This document shows positions 10,205 to 20,378 of a DNA stretch of 64,000 nucleotides, piece after piece. A program made the position numbers and the translations under genes. Positions within the stretch are counted from its first letter, which is position 1. Each line of letters opens with the position of its first letter. The DNA comes from an uncultured Nitrososphaerota archaeon (GTDB lineage: Archaea > Thermoproteota > EX4484-205 > JAAOZO01): positions 49,235 through 113,234 of the forward strand of contig CAYOYV010000005.1 of assembly GCA_964408285.1 (NCBI GenBank). The letters are read 5' to 3'. The notes below the pieces were generated by a model, which saw only the letters and a program-made list of their open reading frames with translations, did no database searches and was not told the origin of the DNA.

Positions 10205-11014
10205 TTAGAGATATGTCTTATGCACCATGGACCTGAGGAATCGGATTGTCTCGGCAAGGACAACCTCAGAGCAAGGCGCTTGAAGGATCTCAGCGGAAAG
10301 GTACTGGTCATATCGGACCCTATTCAATGCCCTGAGTAACTGGAGGAACGGGATGTGTCCCTTGCCTGGGGCATTTCTATTGCTATCTGCTATGTGGACA
10401 TGCTTGAGAAGATTGCCCGCCATAGCTATCGCCCCAGGCATCGATGGTTCCTCTATGTTCATATGAAACGAATCGAGTAGGATGCCCACATCTCTGAGCT
10501 CATTTTTCCTGATGAATGAAGCGGCTTCCGCTGCAGTGTTAAGGAACGGACTTTCATATCTGTTCATCGGTTCCAGCACTGCCCTCAATCCCTTCAATTG
10601 CTGCAAGGATTTCCCCAGCGCCCTTTGGCTAGAAGCTTTGCCAGGCTGGCCCTTGATGGAACCTACTATGACAGGACAATCGAAAGCTTCCGCCAATTTG
10701 GAGAAATTCAAAACACGAGCGACAGCTTTCTGCCTTATCGATTCAGATGGAGAACTCAACGAAAGGCCCTCCATAGCAGCTAGGCCGGTTCCTATTGCAG
10801 CTAGAGTCATTTCATATCTTGAGACTAAGCTTTCAAGAATCCTGGGATTGGCATCATCACTTCGCCTAAGCAGCAACTCGAATCCATTGTATCCCAATCT
10901 ACTTAGCACCCGAACAGTAGTTTCCAGTGACCCGCAGAACGAGAATGGTACATGGGCGACGGGGCATACAGACGCAGAAACCTTTGGGCCAGATGAAGGA
11001 GCGCGCTCTCTCAT
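10205..11014 (-). CDS. iolO: 5-keto-L-gluconate epimerase-like TIM-barrel protein
   Basis: AIGTG, EPMNRYE, DSFHMNIEE, HVHIADSNRNAPGKGH (TM0416/IolO family); adjacent to iolN and iolM. Confidence 0.78.
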   Translation of the reverse strand: MRERAPSSGPKVSASVCPVAHVPFSFCGSLETTVRVLSRLGYNGFELLLRRSDDANPRILESLVSRYEMTLAAIGTGLAAMEGLSLSSPSESIRQKAVARVLNFSKLAEAFDCPVIVGSIKGQPGKASSQRALGKSLQQLKGLRAVLEPMNRYESPFLNTAAEAASFIRKNELRDVGILLDSFHMNIEEPSMPGAIAMAGNLLKHVHIADSNRNAPGKGHIPFLQLLRALNRVRYDQYLSAEILQAPCSEVVLAETIRFLRSMVHKTYL

Positions 11015-11134
11015 TTGGTGACTTCCTCTGTCCGCGATATATATCTTCTACATCAGATTGGCTTCAGTCTTGGAGCTGGAGCATATCAAAGACTTATATG
11101 TGATATAGCTCGATCTGTCTATTGCAGTAGGAGA

Positions 11135-12319
11135 ATGACCTCAGATACCAAAATGCATGCTGCTCTTTTGGAGGCCAGATGGGAACCGAGGTCGAGCTAC
11201 AAGCTCTCAGAAGACGAAATAGCCACTCATCGCACATATTTCGGGGCTCAGACCTGGAGAGATCCTAGGCTGGTTCTAAGGGATGTTCGGAAGCCAGAGA
11301 TCCGGTCGAAGGATGTTCTGCTTAGGGTAAGAGCGACAGGTATCTGCGGGAGCGATGTCCATATGGTCGAAAAGGACGGCGATGGTTACATGCTATATCC
11401 CGGGCTGACCAAGCTCCCGGTGATACCAGGTCATGAGGTCTCAGGTGAGATTGTTGAGGTCGGAGCCGATGTCAGGACTCTCAAGATCGGAGATTCGGTG
11501 ACGTGTGAGGAGATGTGGTGGTGTGGGGAATGTGATGCTTGCCGCACCGACAATCTGAATCAATGCCATAATCTTGAGGAAATGGGATTTACAGCCAACG
11601 GTGGCTTTGCCGAATTCCTGGCTGTCAACCACAAATACTGTTGGAAGGCTAACGACCTGGTGGAGGTCTATGGCTCGGATGATTTGTTCGAGGCCGCCGC
11701 CACCACGGAGCCCTCTGCTGTTGCCTACAACGCCATTTTCAATAGAGCAGGAGGTTTCAAGCCCGGCGCCTATGTGGTGATATGGGGTGCTGGGCCAATA
11801 GGGCTGGCATCTCTCGCTCTCTGCAAAGCTGCGGGGTCAGGGAGGTTGACTGTCTTCGAGACCAGCCCAAATAGAAGGTCAATGGCCATGGCGATGGGGG
11901 CAGATGACGTTTTCGATCCTATCGAGCTTTCGAAGCGAGGGGTAGAACCTTTCGAGAGGATCTTGGATGTATCCGGTGGCTCGGGGGCTGACTTCATGGT
12001 CGAGGCAGCTGGAGCCCCAACTTCGACGTTGCCGCAGATGAACAAGGCTCTGGCAATCGGCGCTAAAATAGCTTGGATAGGCCGTGCAAACGTCGAATCT
12101 TCGATATTCGTCGAGCTATTCCAGACTCATGCCTCACAGCTATTTGGTTCCCAGGGACACTCCGGATATGGGACGTTCAGAAATGTCTTGAGATTGATGG
12201 CTGCGGGCAGGATAGACATGAGGAAGATGATAACGTCGAGGATAACGATCGATGAGATTCCAGCATACATAGAGAGACTCATTAAGAAGGAAGAAGTGAA
12301 GGTCATGGTAAAACCATAG
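11135..12319 (+). CDS. iolM: scyllo-inosose 3-dehydrogenase (Zn-dependent MDR)
   Basis: ARWEPR N-terminus, GICGSDVHM, GYMLYPGLTKLPVIPGHE, EEMWWCGECDAC, GSQGHSGYGTF; AGGAGA precedes ATG 11135. Confidence 0.88.
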   Translation: MTSDTKMHAALLEARWEPRSSYKLSEDEIATHRTYFGAQTWRDPRLVLRDVRKPEIRSKDVLLRVRATGICGSDVHMVEKDGDGYMLYPGLTKLPVIPGHEVSGEIVEVGADVRTLKIGDSVTCEEMWWCGECDACRTDNLNQCHNLEEMGFTANGGFAEFLAVNHKYCWKANDLVEVYGSDDLFEAAATTEPSAVAYNAIFNRAGGFKPGAYVVIWGAGPIGLASLALCKAAGSGRLTVFETSPNRRSMAMAMGADDVFDPIELSKRGVEPFERILDVSGGSGADFMVEAAGAPTSTLPQMNKALAIGAKIAWIGRANVESSIFVELFQTHASQLFGSQGHSGYGTFRNVLRLMAAGRIDMRKMITSRITIDEIPAYIERLIKKEEVKVMVKP

Positions 12320-12396
12320 CAGCAAGCCATGCATCGTGACGTCCTACGATCTGGCTCTTGGTGGCTCAAGCATTCTTCGATATCTTGCCTCTCGAG

Positions 12397-13410
12397 CTAT
12401 TGAACGGCATCGACCGTGATCGGGACTCCCCTACTAGCCGACAATTTGCATGCCTCCGCGATCTCAACGGCTCTAAGGCCATCGAGAACAGAGACCAAGG
12501 GCTGAGAGCGATTCAGAATGGACCTGATGAAGCTTCTGTCTTCCTCAACAAACGCGTTTCTGAATCTCCGCATGAACCATTGCCTGCCGCCATGCCTTAT
12601 ACCCTCTTGATCGGCGAAAGTAAGCATGGTGTCGCTCATGTCTCCGACCTGTATTGTGGCATCGCTTCCCACAATCTCGGTTCTCAAGTCATATCCATAG
12701 TTGCTTTTCCTGATTCCCTCGACGTAGCCATGCGCGGCGGAATCGAAGGTAAGAAGAACAGACGCTACATCGTAGTCGCCCTTTTCCCCAATTTCCGTAC
12801 TTAGGAGACTGGACCCCCTGGCATAGGCGCTTGTTACCTCGCTGTCTAGCATGTTTCTTGCCATGTCAAAATCATGAGATAGCATGTCGTAGAATATGCC
12901 GCCGCTCAAGCTTGGATCGGCAGCCCAACCCTGGGGAGGTGATGGGTCGTGAGCTATCGCTCTATACAATATTGCCTTGCCCAAGTATGCCTGTTGGATT
13001 CTTTTCTTGGCCTCCAGGTAATATTCGTCGAATCTTCTCATATAGCCAACTTGAGCAATCAGTCCTGACTCTTCAGTTTTTCTCACAATCCCCTTGGCTT
13101 CCTCCAGTGATCTCGCTAAAGGTTTCTCGACTAGTACATTTTTCCCTGCATTGAGCGATGACAGAGCGACGACAGAATGGAGGTTAGTGGGAACGGAGAC
13201 GACGACTGCTTGCACATCTCGCCTATCCAGAGCCTCCTCATAATCGATTGCCGAATCAACCTGCAATTTCCTGCCTAGCTCCTTCGCTAGTTCTTCTCTT
13301 TCATCGATTACGCATCTCAATGTCGCTTCCTGGATTTCCGACCTGAAGATCTCAGCATGGAGTGAGCCTGCCCTGCCCATTCCTACCACGCAGACTCCGA
13401 CAGAATCCAT
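12397..13410 (-). CDS. iolG: Inositol 2-dehydrogenase (Gfo/Idh/MocA family)
   Basis: GMGRAG, VEKPL, VGYMRRFD, SGGIFYDMLSHDFD, YGYDLRTE; inositol cluster context. Confidence 0.8.
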   Translation of the reverse strand: MDSVGVCVVGMGRAGSLHAEIFRSEIQEATLRCVIDEREELAKELGRKLQVDSAIDYEEALDRRDVQAVVVSVPTNLHSVVALSSLNAGKNVLVEKPLARSLEEAKGIVRKTEESGLIAQVGYMRRFDEYYLEAKKRIQQAYLGKAILYRAIAHDPSPPQGWAADPSLSGGIFYDMLSHDFDMARNMLDSEVTSAYARGSSLLSTEIGEKGDYDVASVLLTFDSAAHGYVEGIRKSNYGYDLRTEIVGSDATIQVGDMSDTMLTFADQEGIRHGGRQWFMRRFRNAFVEEDRSFIRSILNRSQPLVSVLDGLRAVEIAEACKLSASRGVPITVDAVQ

Positions 13411-13528
13411 GACTCAACCTCGGAGCTTGACTAGATAATCATTCTGCTCGGTCGTCGGACCTCAATCCGCCGACATTTATGAAATCCATTTTCGGAAAGC
13501 GCCTCAACGAGGAATTGGCTTCTCTCCG

Positions 13529-14488
13529 TCAACGCTTCTGGCCCATAAGCTTCGCAAAAGCTGTGTAGAGGACGCCCTTGGCTGCGTTAATGACTTCAAG
13601 GCCTTCTTGGTCACCCTCTGGCTTGACTTCGAAGGATAGAGCGCCTTTGTAACCAATTCCACGAAGGACTTGCAGCAATTGCATCACATCATCGATGGAA
13701 TTGATGGCTCCCTTCCTATAGAAGCCGGGATGCCAATCCTTCATTGAGCCATCCACGATCTTAGCACAACCTATGTGCACATGCGTGATCAACTCCTTGA
13801 AGTCCGTGAGCAGAGATGGTTTCTCGTTCAACAATGGTCCATGGCTTAGGTCCCACAATATGCCGATATTCTGGCATTTCTTTCGGACCTGTTTCACAAC
13901 CTCAGCTGCCTCACCAATGGGACCGATAAGTTGCTTCTTGTCATGATCCCTGTCAAACGTCTCAAGGTGCACGAAAACCTTGGCATCTCGGGCTTCGGAT
14001 GTTATTTCCACTAGGCTCTTGACAAGCATTCCAATGGCCTCTTGCCTATCTGTAACAGAGGGGTCAGGGCCTGAGCACAAGACAACGGACTTGGCTCCCA
14101 TCCGTGAGGCTCGCACAATGGCTTCTCTCAGAGCATTCACCGATTCCCTTCTATGCGCTTCATCTAGGGCGCTTGGATTTCTTCCATCAGATAGGATCAT
14201 AGGTTGGAGGCCGACGAAAACGGATTTTGAGGACCGAGAGACGATCGGTTGTATCTCTCTCCACACCTCTTCCTTAAAAGGTGGAACTTCGATAAGATCG
14301 AAAAAAGGGTCCTCTGCAATGTCTTGGACAACTTCTTTCCATTTCCGGGCATCATTCGCCTGAGGAAAAGCGGCGAAGCTGACCAGGCCTATCTCCCACG
14401 GGAGCTTACCTCCATGTTCGGAACCACGCGTCTCGTGGTAGCCCAAGATCAAAGTCATGGCCTCGACAATCCAGTCAGCCTTTCGCAT
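13529..14488 (-). CDS. Xylose-isomerase-like TIM-barrel sugar isomerase/epimerase, substrate unknown
   Basis: LETFD, WDLSH, HVHIG, DWHP and SFEVKP metal-ligand pattern; start uncertain. Confidence 0.75.
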   Translation of the reverse strand: MRKADWIVEAMTLILGYHETRGSEHGGKLPWEIGLVSFAAFPQANDARKWKEVVQDIAEDPFFDLIEVPPFKEEVWREIQPIVSRSSKSVFVGLQPMILSDGRNPSALDEAHRRESVNALREAIVRASRMGAKSVVLCSGPDPSVTDRQEAIGMLVKSLVEITSEARDAKVFVHLETFDRDHDKKQLIGPIGEAAEVVKQVRKKCQNIGILWDLSHGPLLNEKPSLLTDFKELITHVHIGCAKIVDGSMKDWHPGFYRKGAINSIDDVMQLLQVLRGIGYKGALSFEVKPEGDQEGLEVINAAKGVLYTAFAKLMGQKR

Positions 14489-14613
14489 TTAAGTGTTGAA
14501 TCGGGATCCCGCTCCTCCATTGAGCCTCTCAGGAAAATGAAGAATAGGGACAGGATGCAGTGTCTTAGATTGATCGTTGATGAATGCGAGTCGACAAGAG
14601 CAGAGTGCTGCTA

Positions 14614-16176
14614 TCAGTGCTTCCTCTCGTCAATTCTCAAAGCCTTCAAGTGAAGTTCAAGATTCTTTGCTATAGTCTCGTAGTATTCCTCTTCGTTGTC
14701 AATCAAGACCTCCATGATTCTGTCCTTCAGTGATCTTTTGCCCTTTCCAGACTGGGCCTTTTGGACTGAGCCAAAGGTGACATGCAACAGCTGTCTTCCG
14801 CTGTTCTGACTCAAGAATACCCTTTCCAGATCGGCATCGCTCACGGATTCGGGGTTTGGGATCATATCAAGTCGTGTTCCTATTGCATAGTAGCTTCGGT
14901 CGGTCTCGAACGTGCCCATGCAATACTGCGCGATTTCCCTGAATAATTGCGGATCGTGTCTCGCGACAACGCGCAGGGACTCGAGGTAGCTTGTACCAGC
15001 AGTCTTCAGATGAAAAAGCCCATCAGTTGCACTGGCAAGGATCGGATACACCGAAAACTTGTCGCTTCCCGAATGGATGCTCAGTAGGTAAGGACCGCAT
15101 GACTTCGATATGGCCACATGTTCGGCAAGCGTTTCCCTGAACTCAGTTAAATCCCCTTGATAGTCGATGCCCTTCTCGAAGATGCCCACGAAGTGAACAG
15201 CGATGCTGCGTGCCATCACGCCTAGTCTCCTCAGCTCTGACGCTATGAAGAGATGCTCGAGAGAGCTGGTTGGATGCCTTGTCTCATCGAAAGATACTTC
15301 AAGGTCGAAGGGTCTTCCGTTGAAGAGATCAGCCAGCCGGTTGCCTAGTTTCGCGGCATGGATTATCGCATTTGAATATCTCACGGCAATTCTGGTCAGA
15401 TCCAGCTGGGAGAACTGAAGCTCCACTGTTTCGTTGCAAGCATGAATATTGAATTTCCTATCCAGATACATGCGCGTGAACTCGTCAGGACTGCACTTCA
15501 TCCATTCCCACCGTATCTGCTCGAACTTCTTCGCGAGATCCCTATTGTCATATTCGTCAGCGCGGTCATCAACCAGATCTGAGGGATCAATGGTGTACAT
15601 GGTAAAGCCCGCATTGAAGGTCTTCAACAAGTCCTCTTCACTCTTCAGATGGTCCGCGTCAGAACCGAATCCGCCGGTATATCCCTCCTGGAATACTGCC
15701 CAAGATACGTCATCCATGACCTGTTCTGGTGACCTACCCGTCTTCACCATCTCGCGAATAGATTGCTGGGCTAGAACAGGAAAGACTTTGAATCTCCTAA
15801 AGGCTCGGATATGTCCCGGTGTCGCAAGACCGATCCTATCCCCTGCCCCTACAGCCGTCTCATTGCCTATCGGCATTGGCCTTGTGAAGGAGAAAACACC
15901 GCGTATCGCGTCTGCGTTCAAGTGATTGCAGGGGCATAGGAGATAACGGAATTCCCTCCCATCTGCCTTGAATTCTCCACTTTCCTCCGGCGCGAAGCTA
16001 CTGCTCGCTGAATCTGGTGTTGACCGATCACGAAGTATGACCAGCTTCCGCGTTGCTTTCTCTCTAACCAAGAGGAAGATGAGACTATCGGCCTCGAAGA
16101 CCGAGGAAGGATAGATCACCATCGTGCGATTCAGATTGCAGAGGCGGTTCTGAAACTCGCGAACAGCTTCTTTCAT
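14614..16176 (-). CDS. uxaE: D-tagaturonate/D-fructuronate epimerase
   Basis: GDRIGLATPGH, AQQSIREM, DADHLK, EVSFDET, SIHSGSDKFSVY, HLKTAGTSYLE; ATG 16176 lies 4 nt after the upstream stop. Confidence 0.9.
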   Translation of the reverse strand: MKEAVREFQNRLCNLNRTMVIYPSSVFEADSLIFLLVREKATRKLVILRDRSTPDSASSSFAPEESGEFKADGREFRYLLCPCNHLNADAIRGVFSFTRPMPIGNETAVGAGDRIGLATPGHIRAFRRFKVFPVLAQQSIREMVKTGRSPEQVMDDVSWAVFQEGYTGGFGSDADHLKSEEDLLKTFNAGFTMYTIDPSDLVDDRADEYDNRDLAKKFEQIRWEWMKCSPDEFTRMYLDRKFNIHACNETVELQFSQLDLTRIAVRYSNAIIHAAKLGNRLADLFNGRPFDLEVSFDETRHPTSSLEHLFIASELRRLGVMARSIAVHFVGIFEKGIDYQGDLTEFRETLAEHVAISKSCGPYLLSIHSGSDKFSVYPILASATDGLFHLKTAGTSYLESLRVVARHDPQLFREIAQYCMGTFETDRSYYAIGTRLDMIPNPESVSDADLERVFLSQNSGRQLLHVTFGSVQKAQSGKGKRSLKDRIMEVLIDNEEEYYETIAKNLELHLKALRIDERKH

Positions 16177-16180
16177 GATA

Positions 16181-18337
16181 TCAGTCTCGTTTGCCGCCCC
16201 GAGCTGAGGTGGCTGTCTCCTTGACGATGGCCATGGCAACGTCCCTAAATGTGCTGTATGCCCTGTTGAACTCAGTCATTGTCTTCACTACCGCGCCAAA
16301 TGCTCCCCATTCATTCTGTAGGAGGCCCTCAACATCAGGTTCACATTCAATGCCGATTGCATTCAGTCTCTTGCTCAAGTCAGGCGAAATCCCATAGGCA
16401 AGTCTGAAATCCGAAACATTCGAAAGACGCCTCAATACGCTAGGGTTGGCGGGGTGCGTCATACTGTTGTCATAGTGCATCAGATTGAAACCTTCTTGGC
16501 GCGATGCATTCGATAGGGCCAACTGCTGACTGGGGAATTCCGTATTAGTGACATTCTTCCTTCCTAGGGTAAGTAGCGTGTCTTCAGGTTTCCTCTTTGA
16601 AGCAGGAAGCAAGTCGATCTTGCTCAGTATATCCTCAGCTTGGTTTTTCGCCAGACCGTATTGGCTCCTGAGATGGTTGAGCCACTTGATTCTGTTCTCG
16701 GACGAGAAGAAGATCCAATACACCTTTCTCGAGATCAAAGTGCCAGAATGGCCGATTGCATTCTCCATTTCTGTCAATGTCTCAACTATCTGCCGCCGCA
16801 CCTTTTCATCAGATCCTTGGGGGGTCACAGCCTCAACGAAACTGGGATTGATGAGGCTTTTGAGGAATTGAAAAGAGCATAGTATCCTTATTCTGTCATC
16901 GATCCCATGGAACTTCTCAAATTCCTTGAGGGCATGAAGTCGCTCAGCAAGCGTTGTCAGTATGGCTTCTTTATTACTCGAGCTCTTCAGGGTTTGCCGC
17001 AGAATCCTTTCAGCCTCGATCTCCCTTAGGTGACTCTCCAATCTACCACCCATATTTGTTTCGTACGTTTGAGTTATGGATATTCCCATCTTCCTGGCTT
17101 TCGCCATACCCTTCATTGCTGCTATGATTAGCTCGGCCTCTTGCCCCACCGTGTATGTGACGGTGTTATTTGTTCCAATGCCCATCTCATTCAGGGCCGT
17201 TGTGATCTGAGCAGCTGCGGGACTTTGAGCCGCTATCTTGAACACGATGTTGGGCCTAGCTCTCTCCGGAACACGCGAATATCCCCACAGTAGATAGCTA
17301 TCATACTCAGCCAAGAATCTAGAGGCGGAAGAGTAGATTCTAATTGCATCCTTCAAGCTCAGTTCGACACTGTCTGCAACTCCTGGATTCAGCTGGTAGC
17401 TGACTAGCCCGTCATGCAATTTCGATAGGAGAGCGATCGGTCTGAAGATCGCTAGATTGGGCCAAAGGGCGGTCATGGTGGCCTCCATAGCGATCTCATC
17501 CGCGAATTGCTCCGGTTGATCATGCCATTCGGGGTGTAGCTTGATTGTCTTTGCAAACTCTCCCCAAAGATTCGAATCGTCCTCGTAAGCCCTCGCGGCC
17601 AGGACCGGATTCGTTGACACTTGTACGAAGCCCAGATGTCGCAGCCATCTTAATCCAATCGCGTAGTCATTACCGAACTTGCAGAGTCCCAGTTTTGCCA
17701 TCCTGAAATACACGTTCCCTTCTATCGATCTCCTCGATGCCATGACGAGAGAGGAGGCCGGACTCGAACGATCAAGGCTGCTCTCTATTTCACTTGCCAT
17801 GCTTGAAACAAGGCTCTCGCCTTTTGCCACCTTCTTGGCATCCTCTATGAACCTTTCTGAGACAGCATTGGCTACGGTTGTCTTGAGTAGGCCCATTGTC
17901 GACACTTCATTGTTCTCCCATGTCTTCAGGGCATTCATGATCTCTCCGAATGTGAGTTCAGTTTCCTCACTCGAGAAGCCGACCCTATTGGCTTCAGTCC
18001 CTATGATATTGAGTGCCACCTCGACTAGCAGCTCATACGCCCGCTGGCGCGCTCTTATCTTCGTTTTCTGGATTTCCTGAGGTTCCTCGGGAGAGATCTC
18101 ACTTCTGGCAAACTCCAGATTGAGTTGGCGAATCACATTGCCGACAGTTTCGCTTAGCGCCCCCACCATCTCGGTGTGAAGTAAATGGTCAGCTGCCAAT
18201 TGGGGATAGCCGTCCATTGCAATCCTGACAATATGGTTGGAATGATCCAGGCCTTCAAAAGCAGGACGCAGTTTCTCAGGACTGGCCTCACATAGAACTG
18301 AGCGAACATCAACAATCGGCCGTGTCCCTCCCGCCAT
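16181..18337 (-). CDS. Large transaldolase-family protein with ~200-aa N-terminal extension
   Basis: GNDYA, STNPV, VSYQLNP, NIVFKIAA (Schiff-base Lys), TNNTVTY, GGRL, ASKR. Confidence 0.75.
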   Translation of the reverse strand: MAGGTRPIVDVRSVLCEASPEKLRPAFEGLDHSNHIVRIAMDGYPQLAADHLLHTEMVGALSETVGNVIRQLNLEFARSEISPEEPQEIQKTKIRARQRAYELLVEVALNIIGTEANRVGFSSEETELTFGEIMNALKTWENNEVSTMGLLKTTVANAVSERFIEDAKKVAKGESLVSSMASEIESSLDRSSPASSLVMASRRSIEGNVYFRMAKLGLCKFGNDYAIGLRWLRHLGFVQVSTNPVLAARAYEDDSNLWGEFAKTIKLHPEWHDQPEQFADEIAMEATMTALWPNLAIFRPIALLSKLHDGLVSYQLNPGVADSVELSLKDAIRIYSSASRFLAEYDSYLLWGYSRVPERARPNIVFKIAAQSPAAAQITTALNEMGIGTNNTVTYTVGQEAELIIAAMKGMAKARKMGISITQTYETNMGGRLESHLREIEAERILRQTLKSSSNKEAILTTLAERLHALKEFEKFHGIDDRIRILCSFQFLKSLINPSFVEAVTPQGSDEKVRRQIVETLTEMENAIGHSGTLISRKVYWIFFSSENRIKWLNHLRSQYGLAKNQAEDILSKIDLLPASKRKPEDTLLTLGRKNVTNTEFPSQQLALSNASRQEGFNLMHYDNSMTHPANPSVLRRLSNVSDFRLAYGISPDLSKRLNAIGIECEPDVEGLLQNEWGAFGAVVKTMTEFNRAYSTFRDVAMAIVKETATSARGGKRD

Positions 18338-18631
18338 GACGAGATATGGGCTTCGTTTCTTATTTAATTGTTGAGGCGGCTCTCTTTTTCGTCACGAGGA
18401 TCTAGAACCAACTTTCTGTAACACACCCCACTTCGTCGCGCGCGCGCTTTGCGTTGTCATGTTATCGTGGCGAGCTTGAGAAACAGAAGGAGTGATGCTA
18501 CGCGCGCCGATCGCTATTCCGTTGGATCTACGCATTTCGAGCGGCTCCTTCAGTTCGGCCACCAAACAGCTGCAGTTCAGTGCCGAAATATTGAAATCGG
18601 GCAATCTGGGCATTCTGCAGCAAATATCCTC

Positions 18632-20374
18632 ATGGCCTTTCGCAACATAATTAGGCTTTTGGGCTATCTGAAGAGATACTGGCCGTATGTGATAGCCTCG
18701 GTGATAGCGATATTGGCGCTTTCAGGGTTGGATAACTTGACACCGCTCGTGATAATGTCCGCCATAGACAACATGGTTTCAAATCAGGTTTTCTCAGATC
18801 TTCTCATGTACGGCGCGGTATTCGTTGGGGTTGCGTCGATTAGGGGAGTCATCAGATTCCTTACCCAGTATGGCAACCAGTATGTGAGCAATAGACTCGC
18901 TTTCGATCTTCGAAACGACCTGTTCAAGGCCCTTCAGTCCCAGTCATTCACCTTCTACGACAAGGCAAGGACCGGCCAGCTCATGGCCAGATTGACAAGC
19001 GATGTAGACGAAATTCGCTGGTCATTCGGGATGATGATCCCTGCTACATCCAATATGTTGGTGACATTCGCCATGGCGATTGTGATAATGCTCTCATTGG
19101 ATTTCACAGTCTCCATATATTCCATGGCAATCTTCCCGATTCTCATCATACTGGTCGTTAGGTTTGCCAACTTGACGGGGCCACTTTTCACAGAAATAAG
19201 GAAGGGAGTGGGAAATCTATCAGCTGTAGTGCAGGAGAATCTCTCAGGAGTTAAAATCGTAAGAGCCTTCTCCGCCGAGGAGCAAGAGACTGCCAAATTC
19301 GACTTGAATGCAGAGCGTCTGCTAGATCTTTCGCTCCAGGTCGATAGGGCAAGAGCGATATACATGCCGATGATTTCCCTTGTGGTCGGTGCCGGATCTG
19401 CATTCATAATCCTATTCGGTGGCTTGCAGGTCATCCAAGGGATGATTACACTTGGATCAATGGTAGCCCTTGTTTCTTATCTCAACATGGTCGCGGGGCC
19501 AATAAGGATGATGGGATTCTGGATTGAGGGAATTAGGAGAGCCCTAGCCGGAGCGAATCGAATATTTGAGATACTAGATGCACCTGTGGCAATCACAGAG
19601 AGGCAGGGCGCCTCGGACATCGGAGAAACAGATGGGAGAGTATCATTCCAGAATGTCACTTTTCAATACGCTGATCATCCGACACTTATTGATGTCAGCT
19701 TTGACGCCAAGTCGGGAGAAAAGATTGCGGTCGTAGGAAGGACAGGATCCGGAAAAACGACGATTCTGAACCTTATTCCAAGATTCTACGATGTCAATTC
19801 AGGAAAGATCACTATCGATGGTGTCGATGTGAGAGACATCAAGATCGATTCACTGAGAAGGATAGTTGGAGTGGTCCCTCAGGAGCCCTTCATATTCCCG
19901 ACCAGTATCAGGGACAATATAACGCTCGGGGACAAGTCCTTCACCCAAGATCAGGTTGAGGCGGCGGCCAAAGCTGCCCAGATTCATGATTTCATAGTCT
20001 CCCTGCCGGAGGGATATGATAGCCTCGTGGGAGAGAGGGGCGTAACCCTATCGGGGGGTCAAAGACAAAGGCTTTCCATTGCAAGGGCTATTCTCAGATC
20101 ACTCGGCATAGTACTCTTGGATGATTCAACCTCGCAGGTTGATGTGGCAACTGAGAAACAGATAGACAAAGCTCTTGACTCATTGCTCAGGAACAGGACA
20201 TCATTCATCATCACAAACAGGATCTCAACCGCGGCGAAATCGGATCGCGTCATCCTTTTGGACATGGGGAAGGTGATCGCCATAGATACACATGAGAACC
20301 TCCTGAAGAAAAATGAACTCTATAGGGAGATATTTCGCAGCCAGATTGCAGAAGTCCTAGGAGGAACTGAGTGA
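18632..20374 (+). CDS. ABC exporter, fused permease/ATPase (heterodimer half 1)
   Basis: TM domain plus GRTGSGKT, LSGGQRQR, degenerate LLDDS; ATG 18632. Confidence 0.9.
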   Translation: MAFRNIIRLLGYLKRYWPYVIASVIAILALSGLDNLTPLVIMSAIDNMVSNQVFSDLLMYGAVFVGVASIRGVIRFLTQYGNQYVSNRLAFDLRNDLFKALQSQSFTFYDKARTGQLMARLTSDVDEIRWSFGMMIPATSNMLVTFAMAIVIMLSLDFTVSIYSMAIFPILIILVVRFANLTGPLFTEIRKGVGNLSAVVQENLSGVKIVRAFSAEEQETAKFDLNAERLLDLSLQVDRARAIYMPMISLVVGAGSAFIILFGGLQVIQGMITLGSMVALVSYLNMVAGPIRMMGFWIEGIRRALAGANRIFEILDAPVAITERQGASDIGETDGRVSFQNVTFQYADHPTLIDVSFDAKSGEKIAVVGRTGSGKTTILNLIPRFYDVNSGKITIDGVDVRDIKIDSLRRIVGVVPQEPFIFPTSIRDNITLGDKSFTQDQVEAAAKAAQIHDFIVSLPEGYDSLVGERGVTLSGGQRQRLSIARAILRSLGIVLLDDSTSQVDVATEKQIDKALDSLLRNRTSFIITNRISTAAKSDRVILLDMGKVIAIDTHENLLKKNELYREIFRSQIAEVLGGTE

Positions 20375-20378
20375 GATT

